Below, one piece after another: positions 1 through 7,980 of a stretch of 34,415 nucleotides of DNA. The notes under the pieces were generated by a model, which was given only the letters and a program-made list of their open reading frames with translations, had not been told where the DNA came from and did no database searches. This DNA is from a virus (lineage: Duplodnaviria > Heunggongvirae > Uroviricota > Caudoviricetes): IMG/VR virus record IMGVR_UViG_2740892426_000006; one strand, written 5' to 3'. The position numbers and the translations under genes are program-made. Positions within the stretch are counted from its first letter, which is position 1. Every line of letters starts with the position of its first letter.

Positions 1-1164
1 TTACGCCTTCTTTATATCCTCCATAATTCCACAGTGGGACATATTTGGGACATTATCACCAAAAATGTCGTCTATTTTCCTTGCATGCTCTGTCAAATGA
101 TTAGGCGCAAGGTGAGCATACCTACGAATCATTTCTATGGACTCCCATCCGCCCATTTCCTGAAGCACAGATAATGGGACGCCTGACTGGATCAGCCAGC
201 TTGCCCAGGTGTGTCTGAGGTCATGGAAACGGAAATCTTCAATTCCTGCACGACGACAAGCTGATAGCCATGATGTCTTGCTGTCGATGCGCATCTTCCT
301 GACCGCAGGCGTTGATGTTCCATCTGCTCGCTTAGCCGCCTTGGTATGTACAAACACCCATTTGTGATGCTTGCCTATTTGATCACGCAACACTTTACAG
401 GCGGTATCGTTCAGCGCCACACCAATGGCGCGGTTTGATTTGCTCTCTTCTGGATTCACCCAGGCAACTCGTCGCTGCATGTCGATTTGTTGCCATTCCA
501 GATTTATGATGTTCGACTTTCTCAGACCAGTTGCCAGCGCAAACTTGACGACAGATTTCAGTGGTTCGGGGCACTCATCAATAAGGCGTTTTGCTTCCTC
601 CTTTTCCAGCCATCTGACTCGCTTGTTTCTGACCGCTGGTATCTTGATGACAGGCGCTTTTTCCAGCCACTTCCAGTCGCGTTCTGCAGCACGGAGAATG
701 GCCTTTATCATGGCAAGATGCTTTGCCTTTGTCTGAGTTGATACTGGCTTTGGTTCATAAACAGGCGGTTCTTTACCTTTCCTGATGGCGGCCTGAACTT
801 TCTGTTTCCATATTTCTTTCGTCTTTCTGTTATGCATTCTGCTTACAGCAGAGTAAATCTTTGCCTCCGAGATATCTTTAAGCCTTATACCCTCAAAATG
901 TTCAAGCCAGAACTCAATCCGGCTTTTATCTGAATCGAGAGATTTTTTATCAGCTTTTTCCTCAAGCCATCTTAGGCAGGCCTCTTCAAAAGTGACATCA
1001 GGTAAATCCCCTAGCTTTTCTACTCGCCAGAGTTCTGCTTTTCGCTTGTCGTGCAACTCCTGAGCTTGCCGCTTGTCCTTTGTGCCAAGAGATTCCTTAA
1101 TTCGTTTCCCGCCCGGGAGCGAATACGAGGCATACCATATTTCATTTCTGCGGAAGAGTGACAT
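1..1164 (-). CDS. int: tyrosine-type site-specific integrase
   Basis: 387-aa ORF; C-terminal HDLRHTWAS and RRYAHL motifs typical of the tyrosine recombinase catalytic region; stop codon is at the window edge (1-3). Confidence 0.9.
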   Translation of the reverse strand: MSLFRRNEIWYASYSLPGGKRIKESLGTKDKRQAQELHDKRKAELWRVEKLGDLPDVTFEEACLRWLEEKADKKSLDSDKSRIEFWLEHFEGIRLKDISEAKIYSAVSRMHNRKTKEIWKQKVQAAIRKGKEPPVYEPKPVSTQTKAKHLAMIKAILRAAERDWKWLEKAPVIKIPAVRNKRVRWLEKEEAKRLIDECPEPLKSVVKFALATGLRKSNIINLEWQQIDMQRRVAWVNPEESKSNRAIGVALNDTACKVLRDQIGKHHKWVFVHTKAAKRADGTSTPAVRKMRIDSKTSWLSACRRAGIEDFRFHDLRHTWASWLIQSGVPLSVLQEMGGWESIEMIRRYAHLAPNHLTEHARKIDDIFGDNVPNMSHCGIMEDIKKA

Positions 1165-1391
1165 TTTCTTTCCTCTGTTATGCCATCACCCGCGCTCACC
1201 TGGACAGTATGCAGCGGAGACTGAAGCGCCGCAATGCAAGCTTGCCGTGTTGTGAGGTAAGGAGATTTTGGCTTGGTTGGATCTTTACGTGTTGCCTGTA
1301 GGCGGCCTGTTCGTATCCAGTTGGTGGCGGTTGGTCTGGATATCTTAAGAAACTGACAGGCCTCATCGAGTGTGAGGCTGTATGGCTCCAT
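1020..1391 (-). CDS. xis: excisionase-like HTH protein (start chosen at internal ATG; 3' end overlaps int by 145 nt)
   Basis: In-frame ATG at 1389-1391 overlaps the stop of the upstream gene (TAATG coupling). N-terminus [26 protein letters not shown] looks like an Xis/AlpA-type HTH. The C-terminal tail is read in an alternate frame of the int 5' end. Confidence 0.5.
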   Translation of the reverse strand: MEPYSLTLDEACQFLKISRPTATNWIRTGRLQATRKDPTKPKSPYLTTRQACIAALQSPLHTVQVSAGDGITEERKCHSSAEMKYGMPRIRSRAGNELRNLLAQRTSGKLRSCTTSEKQNSGE

Positions 1392-1696
1392 TATTTCACC
1401 TCTTGCTGTGTCATTGTTGAAAAATGGATACCAGCTCGTTGCTGCCAGACGATCCAACCGAGAGTCATATCCCATGCCATGTATTCGTTATCGCCGTTTT
1501 TTACTCTCCGACGATCTACTAAGTCACCGAAACGCTTTTCCATGAATAATTCATAGGCTTCGCGTTCATCTGGCTCTACTTCCAGAGATACGAGTGCGAT
1601 TTCATAAGCACGGCGCTCAATATCGTCTCGAACCTCTAGGCTGCTGATTCGTTCTTTGATTTCTTTAATCAGTTCTTTATTGGTAAATGTGGTCAT
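1391..1696 (-). CDS. hypothetical early-left protein, 101 aa (YfdT-sized)
   Basis: ORF with ATGA start/stop overlap to the upstream gene at 1696; acidic helical composition. Size and position match my recollection of KplE1 yfdT. Confidence 0.45.
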   Translation of the reverse strand: MTTFTNKELIKEIKERISSLEVRDDIERRAYEIALVSLEVEPDEREAYELFMEKRFGDLVDRRRVKNGDNEYMAWDMTLGWIVWQQRAGIHFSTMTQQEVK

Positions 1697-2058
1697 TATG
1701 CTCCAGCCTCCGGTGCTTTTGGCATTACTGCCCAGTGAGTGATATTGACGTTTTCAAGGTCCCCGACCTGAAATGTCCACTGCCATTCTCCGGTTTCTTT
1801 TTGTCCCCAGGTGTACCAGAGAGAACGCCAGCCAATCAGCCAGCCTTCTCCATTAGCATCAAATAACAGAACACTTTCATTTGCTGGTGGCAGTTCAGCT
1901 GACACTGGTATTATTTTGTTTTCCAGTGCCGCACATTTAGCTTCAAGCGCGTCGAATTTACGTAACAGGTACTCAGCATTTGTTTCGTTCACTTTCAGAT
2001 CTCGCGGTACACATTTCCCGCGAAGAAACCCTTCCATTTCGAAAACATTCATGCGCAT
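1696..2058 (-). CDS. hypothetical early-left protein, 120 aa (YfdS-sized)
   Basis: ORF translationally coupled to the downstream gene; no recognisable motif. Confidence 0.45.
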   Translation of the reverse strand: MRMNVFEMEGFLRGKCVPRDLKVNETNAEYLLRKFDALEAKCAALENKIIPVSAELPPANESVLLFDANGEGWLIGWRSLWYTWGQKETGEWQWTFQVGDLENVNITHWAVMPKAPEAGA

Positions 2059-2066
2059 TTGCGTAA

Positions 2067-2585
2067 CTACGATAAATCGTTAAAACGTTCCATAAACATC
2101 CCGTAGGCATGACCCGGTGCCAGTGGAATCACGTTGAACATCTCTGTTGCCGGGATGCCTTCCAGTACAGGCCAGAAAGAGCCATCATCAAGCCCGAGAT
2201 CGCGGCGTTCGGTTGCCAGCATGATGAGATCGGCATATTTCACGGGTGTACTCATAACTGGGGGTAACCCGTATTTCTCACGGATTACGGCGTCTATTTT
2301 TTCTTCCATCCGTTTATAGTCAGGAAGAAGGCGTTTCAGTGGTGCGGGAATGTCCTGGCAATACGCTTCTGTTGCATCATGCATTAACGCTTCAAAAGCA
2401 AATTCCTGCGGCACCAGCTGGCTGCAAAGAACCGCATGTTGGGCGACGCTGTAGAAGTGCGAAAGATGACCGGCAAAGCGACAGATATTTGAAAGGGAAA
2501 CCGCGATATCGTTAATATCGATGTCGTCTTTATTTATCTTGTCATAATAAAAATGCTTCCCGGAAAAAGTTTTAATAAATGACAT
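2067..2585 (-). CDS. HD-domain phosphohydrolase (YfdR-like)
   Basis: His residues in NICRFAGHLSH and the LMHDATEAY motif fit an HD metal-dependent phosphohydrolase. Start taken at the MSFIKT ATG, which follows a GGAGA Shine-Dalgarno; the track ORF extends 9 codons further. Confidence 0.65.
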   Translation of the reverse strand: MSFIKTFSGKHFYYDKINKDDIDINDIAVSLSNICRFAGHLSHFYSVAQHAVLCSQLVPQEFAFEALMHDATEAYCQDIPAPLKRLLPDYKRMEEKIDAVIREKYGLPPVMSTPVKYADLIMLATERRDLGLDDGSFWPVLEGIPATEMFNVIPLAPGHAYGMFMERFNDLS

Positions 2586-2712
2586 TTTGTTCTCCACGTA
2601 TATGCACTGCACCGCGCTGAATTCTGGTAAAAGGAAGCCCTCACCATCCGGTGATTATTGAGTTAATTACGTTTCCATAAATGCCCCCGCAGGGGCATTT
2701 GCAGTAATGAAA

Positions 2713-3537
2713 TCAGGCGGTGAAAGTACCAATAAAGGTTTCTACTTTGCTGTCTTTGAATTTCTCAACAAGCAGATCACGAAATTCGTTAGCCATTTCT
2801 TCCTGCACCGCTTCCAGCTGAATAATGCGCAGAACCAGTACAGGACGATCGCCAGTGATAATGCTGAGGCGTAATTTAAACGGACGTTCTTTCAGACCTT
2901 CAAACGGAACGCATTTAAATTCAAATGCCACTGGCATAATGTCTTTGGTCTTCGCTTCGACAGACTCCATCAGGGAGCGTTTGCCGCTGAAGTCATTATC
3001 TTCAAAATCAGCGGTCTGGTTTGCTTCAATCGTGATTTTACGGACTGCCGCAGCCGCTTTTGTTGCTTGAATGGCGTCACCATTAGCATCAAAGCCCACA
3101 AGGTAGTCGGCCCAGTCTTCGATCCATTCTGCCAGTGACTTCTGGGAGTTACGCTCGCCGTTAACAGACAACAGAGCAGAGAACGGTGCTGTCTTTTTCA
3201 GTTTGAGAGTGGCAGTGTTATCTGCGTGACCTGGCTCATCAATAGTACCCAGGTTAAGCACACTGACGGCACGCATATTATCGGCATCGATAAAGCAGCG
3301 GGTGCCTTCATCTGCAAGATCTTTAGAATAACGGGTAAAATCATCGATGCTGGCAGTGGAAAGTGCACCACGGAAACGGAAGCGATTTAAATTAAATTTT
3401 TCCAGATCATGAATGCGGAAATTCTCAGGCAATGCCACAGCATCGGCACCAATCTTACTGATAATTTCATTAACACTCTGAGCAGAAATAAGGGCATGGA
3501 TTTGATTAATTGCGGTTGCGTCTAAGTTCTGAGACAT
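2713..3537 (-). CDS. conserved phage protein, 274 aa (YfdQ-like)
   Basis: Long clean ORF with a GAGGA-like Shine-Dalgarno; length and neighbourhood match my recollection of E. coli CPS-53 YfdQ. Confidence 0.55.
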   Translation of the reverse strand: MSQNLDATAINQIHALISAQSVNEIISKIGADAVALPENFRIHDLEKFNLNRFRFRGALSTASIDDFTRYSKDLADEGTRCFIDADNMRAVSVLNLGTIDEPGHADNTATLKLKKTAPFSALLSVNGERNSQKSLAEWIEDWADYLVGFDANGDAIQATKAAAAVRKITIEANQTADFEDNDFSGKRSLMESVEAKTKDIMPVAFEFKCVPFEGLKERPFKLRLSIITGDRPVLVLRIIQLEAVQEEMANEFRDLLVEKFKDSKVETFIGTFTA

Positions 3538-3602
3538 AATAAGTCCTCACTATATAAAGATATTCAGTGATGAGATAAATAATCAGTTTATTACGAACGA
3601 TA

Positions 3603-3965
3603 TTAACGACCTGCTGCGCGGAGTTTTCCGTCAGGTTCACCGGCAAGAGTCAGTAATTGTCCCTGGTCTTCCTGCAGAATAGTCAGGCGACCACCGCGAT
3701 TGACATACATCGGCGTTTCGGTGGTGTCTTCTTCGGAAATTTTCCCGCGGTTAGTTGGGCGAACATATGAGAGTTTGTGTTTGATTTTCACACGGTTCTC
3801 ATCAAACGGTTCGATTTCCAGATTGAGTGAGACCTTCCCTTTGGTTTTCGTGTTCATCACACCGGAAGCGACCTCACTGAGAACTGCGCCGATTTTGGTT
3901 TCAAATACGCCGCCGTCCAGCTCCCCGATAAATGCCTGCACATCAGTACTGCGTTCGCTAGCCAT
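3603..3965 (-). CDS. hypothetical early-left protein, 120 aa (YfdP-sized)
   Basis: Start set at the ATG (3963-3965) preceded by GAGGAG. The track ORF extends upstream into low-complexity sequence that I treat as non-coding. Confidence 0.5.
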   Translation of the reverse strand: MASERSTDVQAFIGELDGGVFETKIGAVLSEVASGVMNTKTKGKVSLNLEIEPFDENRVKIKHKLSYVRPTNRGKISEEDTTETPMYVNRGGRLTILQEDQGQLLTLAGEPDGKLRAAGR

Positions 3966-4435
3966 TTTGCTGCTCCTCATCATATCGACCCTGCAAGGTC
4001 GGTTGGTTTCTCCACAAAACAGAGAAGAACACCTGCGGTGGCAGCCGCCCGGATGGATTGGGTTATGAGCCCGTCGTCCGGTGATGCTCTTCTCTGTTTT
4101 GCAAAAAAGGACGGTACCAGCCGGAAGCAAGGGTACAAACTGGTACCGCCAGGACTACACACAGCATAAAGTTGTGGTGCCGGGTGCCTCCCGGTGCCTG
4201 GCGAAGGTTGCACACCAGGCGGGTGGGTATCCACAGAAGGTCGACTGTCAGCCTCAACCTTAACCCGCGTGCGCTGAGCCGCATTCACCACAACGCTAAG
4301 GATTCTCTCTGGTTGAAAATACTTAGCTGTTATGTGCCTGCTTTTAGCCACATCAGGCGAGGTGGACCTGGTTATTCCCCAACAACAAGGATTCGGTTAA
4401 TCTGGATATCCCCAACAACAATAAGAGTATTCAAT

Positions 4436-4951
4436 GTGATCGCTGAATTAACGGCAGCAATGACGGCTATTCGTGAAACAGCCCAGATTGCAAAACTAAT
4501 GAACGAGGCAAAAACTCAAGCTGAAGTAAATGCGGCTATTGGTGAGCTGAACTCAAAGCTTGCGTCTATTCAGCGCGAATGCGTGTCTCTCGTTGAACTG
4601 GTGGGCTCTTATCAAGAAATAAATGCTTCTCTCAAAGCTAAAATTGCAGAATTCGAAAACTTTGAGGCTCAGACGGAAGGCTATATCCTTAACCAACTTG
4701 AGTCGGGTACTTTTGTATACTCGAAGGAGGTAATCGTGAACGGTGGCAGCATAACCATGCATCTTTGCCCAAAATGTTTTGGACAAAAGATAGTATCGAT
4801 ACTTCAACCATTCCCGGTTAGCGAAGATGAGCTTTTTCATAAAAGCAGGTGCCTCCACTGTGAAAATAAGTTTCTGATGAATAAAAATCCGGATTACGTA
4901 TCGCCTCCATCCATTGAGGAGTTGTCCAGAAAACTTAACGGCAATCTGTAG
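4436..4951 (+). CDS. coiled-coil protein with C-terminal CxxC-x24-CxxC zinc ribbon, unknown function
   Basis: GTG at 4436 (AAGAG 8 nt upstream) or ATG at 4460. About 80 aa of A/E/K/L-rich predicted coiled coil, then HLCPKCFGQ...RCLHCENKF. Followed by a terminator. The track ORF upstream of 4436 is R-rich low complexity. Confidence 0.5.
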   Translation: MIAELTAAMTAIRETAQIAKLMNEAKTQAEVNAAIGELNSKLASIQRECVSLVELVGSYQEINASLKAKIAEFENFEAQTEGYILNQLESGTFVYSKEVIVNGGSITMHLCPKCFGQKIVSILQPFPVSEDELFHKSRCLHCENKFLMNKNPDYVSPPSIEELSRKLNGNL

Positions 4952-4990
4952 ATTACTACTGTTGTGGATATCCAGATTGTTAAAGAGCTA

Positions 4991-5013
4991 AGCGTCCTGT
5001 AGGGCGCTTTTTT
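4991..5013 (+). terminator. rho-independent terminator after the 4436-4951 ORF
   Basis: Hairpin agcgtcc-tgta-gggcgct followed by a run of six T. Confidence 0.5.
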
Positions 5014-5096
5014 GTTGCTAACGAATCATCCTGGACTTCATATGCCCCAGGCGGCTACTTCGTGGGCGTCCTGCCTGTTCGTTATCTTTGATATAA

Positions 5097-5125
5097 AATC
5101 TAACTTAACTTAGTTATTATGGCAA
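5097..5125 (-). promoter_or_regulatory. candidate leftward promoter (pL-like) with embedded operator-like palindrome
   Basis: On the minus strand: TTGCCA, 17-nt spacer, TAGATT. The spacer contains CTAACTTAACTTAG, which resembles the palindromes in the cI-cro intergenic region. Confidence 0.3.
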
Positions 5126-5178
5126 GAGAAAACACCAAACTTTTCTTAGTTCGGTGCCTTAGTTAGAGAAGAGAGGTC

Positions 5179-5805
5179 TTAGAGTTCGTATTGAACTCCT
5201 TTGACTACACCAATGATAAGGCAATTACCATTGATAGGGATGTTGGGATACCGAGGATTTAATGGCACTAAAAACTTTTGAGGGCCATCGATGACTAATT
5301 TTTTTACTGTAGCTTCGTTTGTTCCATCAAGTCGAGCGATGACTATTTTTCCATGACGAGGTTCTGCATCTGGATCTACAATCACTGTTGCGCCTTCTGG
5401 TATTGTTGGGAGGCCATTAGGGTTAGTCATGGAGTCACCTTTAACCTCTAATGCAAATGAGTTATCACCAATCTTTAATGATGTATCTACCCACTTGTCC
5501 ACTTCACTAAACACTTCTGCTGCCCTGCACTCAGTAAACTGCCCAGCCTGAACCCACGATATTACAGGAACTCTGCGCATGTTTGTGACGAGTTTGCCTT
5601 CAAACTCAGCACCATAAAGAATGTAATCTATTGACGTATTGAAGAACTTCGCTAATTTCGAAAGTGCCTCCCCACCAGGGGTATTGATGTCTTTCTCCCA
5701 GTACCCCACAGCAACGTCGCTTACTCCACAAAATTTACCCAATTCTTTCTGGGACGTTCCGGTAACTCTTCTCAGAGCTTTTATACGCTGACCAACCGTT
5801 TCCAT
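5179..5805 (-). CDS. cI: CI-type prophage repressor (HTH plus LexA-like S24 autopeptidase domain)
   Basis: 208 aa; N-terminal HTH (SQKELGKFCGVSDVAVGYWE); C-terminal S24-like region with GDSM motif and a downstream K; divergent from cro. Confidence 0.85.
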   Translation of the reverse strand: METVGQRIKALRRVTGTSQKELGKFCGVSDVAVGYWEKDINTPGGEALSKLAKFFNTSIDYILYGAEFEGKLVTNMRRVPVISWVQAGQFTECRAAEVFSEVDKWVDTSLKIGDNSFALEVKGDSMTNPNGLPTIPEGATVIVDPDAEPRHGKIVIARLDGTNEATVKKLVIDGPQKFLVPLNPRYPNIPINGNCLIIGVVKGVQYEL

Positions 5806-5825
5806 AGGAGCACCATTTCTTGAAT

Positions 5826-5890
5826 TGCTAAGTAATCTTAGTTTTTATTGACCAAAGATAGATTTGTAATTAGCATCTAATAAAAATTAG
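5826..5890. promoter_or_regulatory. operator/promoter region between cI and cro (oR, pRM, pR)
   Basis: Three palindromes built from TTAG/CTAA half-sites: CTAAGtaatCTTAG (5828-5841), ATTAGcatCTAAT (5869-5881), CTAATaaaaATTAG (5877-5890). Confidence 0.45.
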
Positions 5891-5902
5891 CTTGGAGGGC
5901 GT

Positions 5903-6103
5903 ATGACAACTGACGATATCGAAAGCTACTTCGGCAGTATTGAGAAAGTTGCTGCTTTTTTCGGCATAACAACTGAAGCCGTTTATCAGTGGCGAAACCG
6001 TCCGGGCCAGTTAATTCCAAAAGGACGTGCAGCAGAAGCTGCATATAGAACTTGCGGACGGTTGCCATTTAAACCTGAGCTTTATGAAAAATCTAATGGA
6101 TAA
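5903..6103 (+). CDS. cro: Cro-like small HTH regulator
   Basis: 66 aa, GGAGGG Shine-Dalgarno, divergent from cI; the segment FGITTEAVYQWRN resembles a Cro-type HTH. Confidence 0.65.
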   Translation: MTTDDIESYFGSIEKVAAFFGITTEAVYQWRNRPGQLIPKGRAAEAAYRTCGRLPFKPELYEKSNG

Positions 6104-6692
6104 ATCGATTAACAGAAACCACAGAACGATGAGGCTAACCGTGGGTAAGCATCACTGGAAAGTAGAAAAACAGCCTGAGTGGTACGTGAAAGCTGTCAGA
6201 AAAACTATCGCAGCGTTGCCGGGTGGTTACGCTGAAGCAGCTGACTGGCTGGATGTAACAGAAAACGCATTATTTAACCGCCTTCGTGCCGATGGCGATC
6301 AGATTTTCCCGCTGGGATGGGCAATGATTTTGCAACGTGCTGGTGGAACTCACTTCATTGCTGACGCTGTGGCGCAGTCTGCAAATGGCGTCTTTGTGTC
6401 TCTTCCTGACGTCGAGGATGTGGACAACGCCGATATTAACCAGCGCCTGCTGGAAGTCATTGAACAGATTGGCAGTTATTCCAGACAGATTCGTTCGGCA
6501 ATCGAAGACGGTGTGGTGGAACCGCATGAGAAGACAGCAATTAACGACGAGCTGTATCTCTCAATTTCGAAGCTGCAGGAGCATGCAGCACTGGTCTACA
6601 AAATCTTTTGCATTTCAGAAAGTAATGACGCCCGCGAGTGTGCAGCTCCGGGCGCCGTGGCGTGTCGTGACTGTGGAGAAACTAACGCATGA
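6084..6692 (+). CDS. CII-like phage regulatory protein (start uncertain)
   Basis: ORF immediately after and overlapping the cro 3' end. Candidate starts at 6084, 6096, 6129 or GTG 6141. The position is that of lambdoid cII; family assignment is from memory only. Confidence 0.45.
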   Translation: MKNLMDKSINRNHRTMRLTVGKHHWKVEKQPEWYVKAVRKTIAALPGGYAEAADWLDVTENALFNRLRADGDQIFPLGWAMILQRAGGTHFIADAVAQSANGVFVSLPDVEDVDNADINQRLLEVIEQIGSYSRQIRSAIEDGVVEPHEKTAINDELYLSISKLQEHAALVYKIFCISESNDARECAAPGAVACRDCGETNA

Positions 6693-7027
6693 ACAGTTTA
6701 ACAACACACTACCGTCGCTCGCAACTGATTGCGCTTCCTGTACCGGGTGGAAAAGCGAAGGTGGAGTATTGCTATGCAGTAAATGTACCAGGTGGCAGGG
6801 TAATTGTAACCCACAGCTTTGCAGAGTGGGCTGTGGGTGATTTTAACCGGCAAAAGGAGACAGTCCTTTGCGACAAGTTAACCGCTGGTTCAAAGATCAC
6901 TACGGAGTACCCGTCAGAGTCATTCGTTGGGAGCCGGAAACACAACGGGTTATCTACCTCCGCGAAGGCTATGAGCATGAATGCTTCAGTCCGCTCGAAC
7001 AGTTTCGTCGTAAATTCAGGGAAATAG
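6689..7027 (+). CDS. hypothetical protein, 112 aa
   Basis: ATGA start/stop overlap with the preceding gene; ends 10 nt before the O-like start. Overlapping ORFs exist in two other frames, so this call is weak. Confidence 0.3.
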   Translation: MNSLTTHYRRSQLIALPVPGGKAKVEYCYAVNVPGGRVIVTHSFAEWAVGDFNRQKETVLCDKLTAGSKITTEYPSESFVGSRKHNGLSTSAKAMSMNASVRSNSFVVNSGK

Positions 7028-7036
7028 AGGTCGGTC

Positions 7037-7978
7037 ATGAGCACTAAATTAACCGGCTATGTATGGGATGGTTGCGCAGCGTCAGGCATGAAATTATCCA
7101 GCGTGGCAATTATGGCACGCCTGGCTGATTTCAGTAATGACGAAGGTGTGTGCTGGCCATCAATTGAAACCATTGCCCGCCAGATTGGCGCGGGGATGAG
7201 TACCGTCAGAACGGCTATCGCACGGCTGGAAGCAGAAGGCTGGTTAACGCGTAAGGCGCGTCGCCAGGGTAACCGCAATGCGTCGAATGTTTATCAGCTT
7301 AACGTTGCGAAGCTTCAGGCTGCGGCTTTTTCTCAACTGTCAGATTCTGACCCGTCAAAATCTGACGCATCAAAATCTGACCCGTCAAAATTTGATGCGT
7401 CGAAATCTGGCAAAAAAGCGGGTTTTCACCCGTCAGAATCTGGCGGGGATCCGTCAGTAAAATCAAAACATGATCCGTCAGATAAAAAAACTTCTCGTCC
7501 GGACGCTTCGCAACCGGACACGCAGAAGGCTGAACAGGATTTTTTAACTCGCCATCCTGATGCGGTTGTATTCAGCCCTAAAAAGCGCCAGTGGGGGACG
7601 CAGGATGATTTGACCTGCGCACAGTGGCTCTGGAAAAAAATCATCGCCCTGTACGAGCATGCCGCCGAATGTGACGGCGAGGTGGTTCGTCCCAAAGAAC
7701 CGAACTGGACAGCCTGGGCAAACGAAATTCGCCTGATGTGTGTGCAGGATGGTCGTACTCATAAACAAATCTGCGAGATGTACAGCCGCGTCAGTCGCGA
7801 TCCGTTCTGGTGCCGTAACGTGCTCAGCCCGTCGAAGCTGCGGGAAAAATGGGATGAGCTTTCCCTGCGCTTATCGCCGTCCGTCAGCACGTACACCGAA
7901 AAACGCGAGGACCCGTACTTCAAAGCCAGTTACGACAACGTGGACTACAGCCAGATCCCGGCAGGATTCAGGGGGTGA
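7037..7978 (+). CDS. replication initiation protein (O-like), N-terminal HTH, internal repeat linker
   Basis: GAGGT Shine-Dalgarno; N-terminal segment CWPSIETIARQIGAGMSTVRTAIARLEAEGWL is HTH-like; a 5-aa repeat linker (SDPSK/SDASK) is encoded by the DNA iterons. Confidence 0.7.
   Translation: MSTKLTGYVWDGCAASGMKLSSVAIMARLADFSNDEGVCWPSIETIARQIGAGMSTVRTAIARLEAEGWLTRKARRQGNRNASNVYQLNVAKLQAAAFSQLSDSDPSKSDASKSDPSKFDASKSGKKAGFHPSESGGDPSVKSKHDPSDKKTSRPDASQPDTQKAEQDFLTRHPDAVVFSPKKRQWGTQDDLTCAQWLWKKIIALYEHAAECDGEVVRPKEPNWTAWANEIRLMCVQDGRTHKQICEMYSRVSRDPFWCRNVLSPSKLREKWDELSLRLSPSVSTYTEKREDPYFKASYDNVDYSQIPAGFRG
7346..7420. repeat. iteron array (five tandem 15-bp units) inside the O-like gene; candidate origin of replication
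   Basis: tctgacccgtcaaaa / tctgacgcatcaaaa / tctgacccgtcaaaa / tttgatgcgtcgaaa / tctggcaaaaaagcg; further ccgtcaga copies and an A-rich tract (gataaaaaaa) extend to about 7490. Confidence 0.5.
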
Positions 7979-7980
7979 GC

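Noticed and set aside
3980-4351. Minus-strand 123-aa ORF, considered as a possible N-like antiterminator
   Set aside because: Pro/Ser/Arg-rich with no arginine-rich RNA-binding motif at the N-terminus and no Shine-Dalgarno. It is more likely a chance open frame in GC-rich structured DNA.
4172-4435. N-terminal 88 codons of the 259-aa track ORF 4172-4951
   Set aside because: R/H/P-rich low-complexity translation with no ribosome-binding site. The protein-like sequence begins at the GTG 4436 or ATG 4460, so the upstream part is treated as non-coding.
4553-4858. Minus-strand 101-aa ORF antisense to the coiled-coil/zinc-ribbon gene
   Set aside because: F/L/R/Y-rich composition typical of the antisense of an A/E/K/L-rich coiled-coil gene; the sense ORF has the better start context and a terminator.
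6772-7044. Minus-strand 90-aa ORF between the cII-like gene and the O-like gene as a primary call
   Set aside because: It has protein-like composition but sits antisense inside a rightward operon and starts with GTG overlapping the O-like start. It is kept only as an alternative in the findings.
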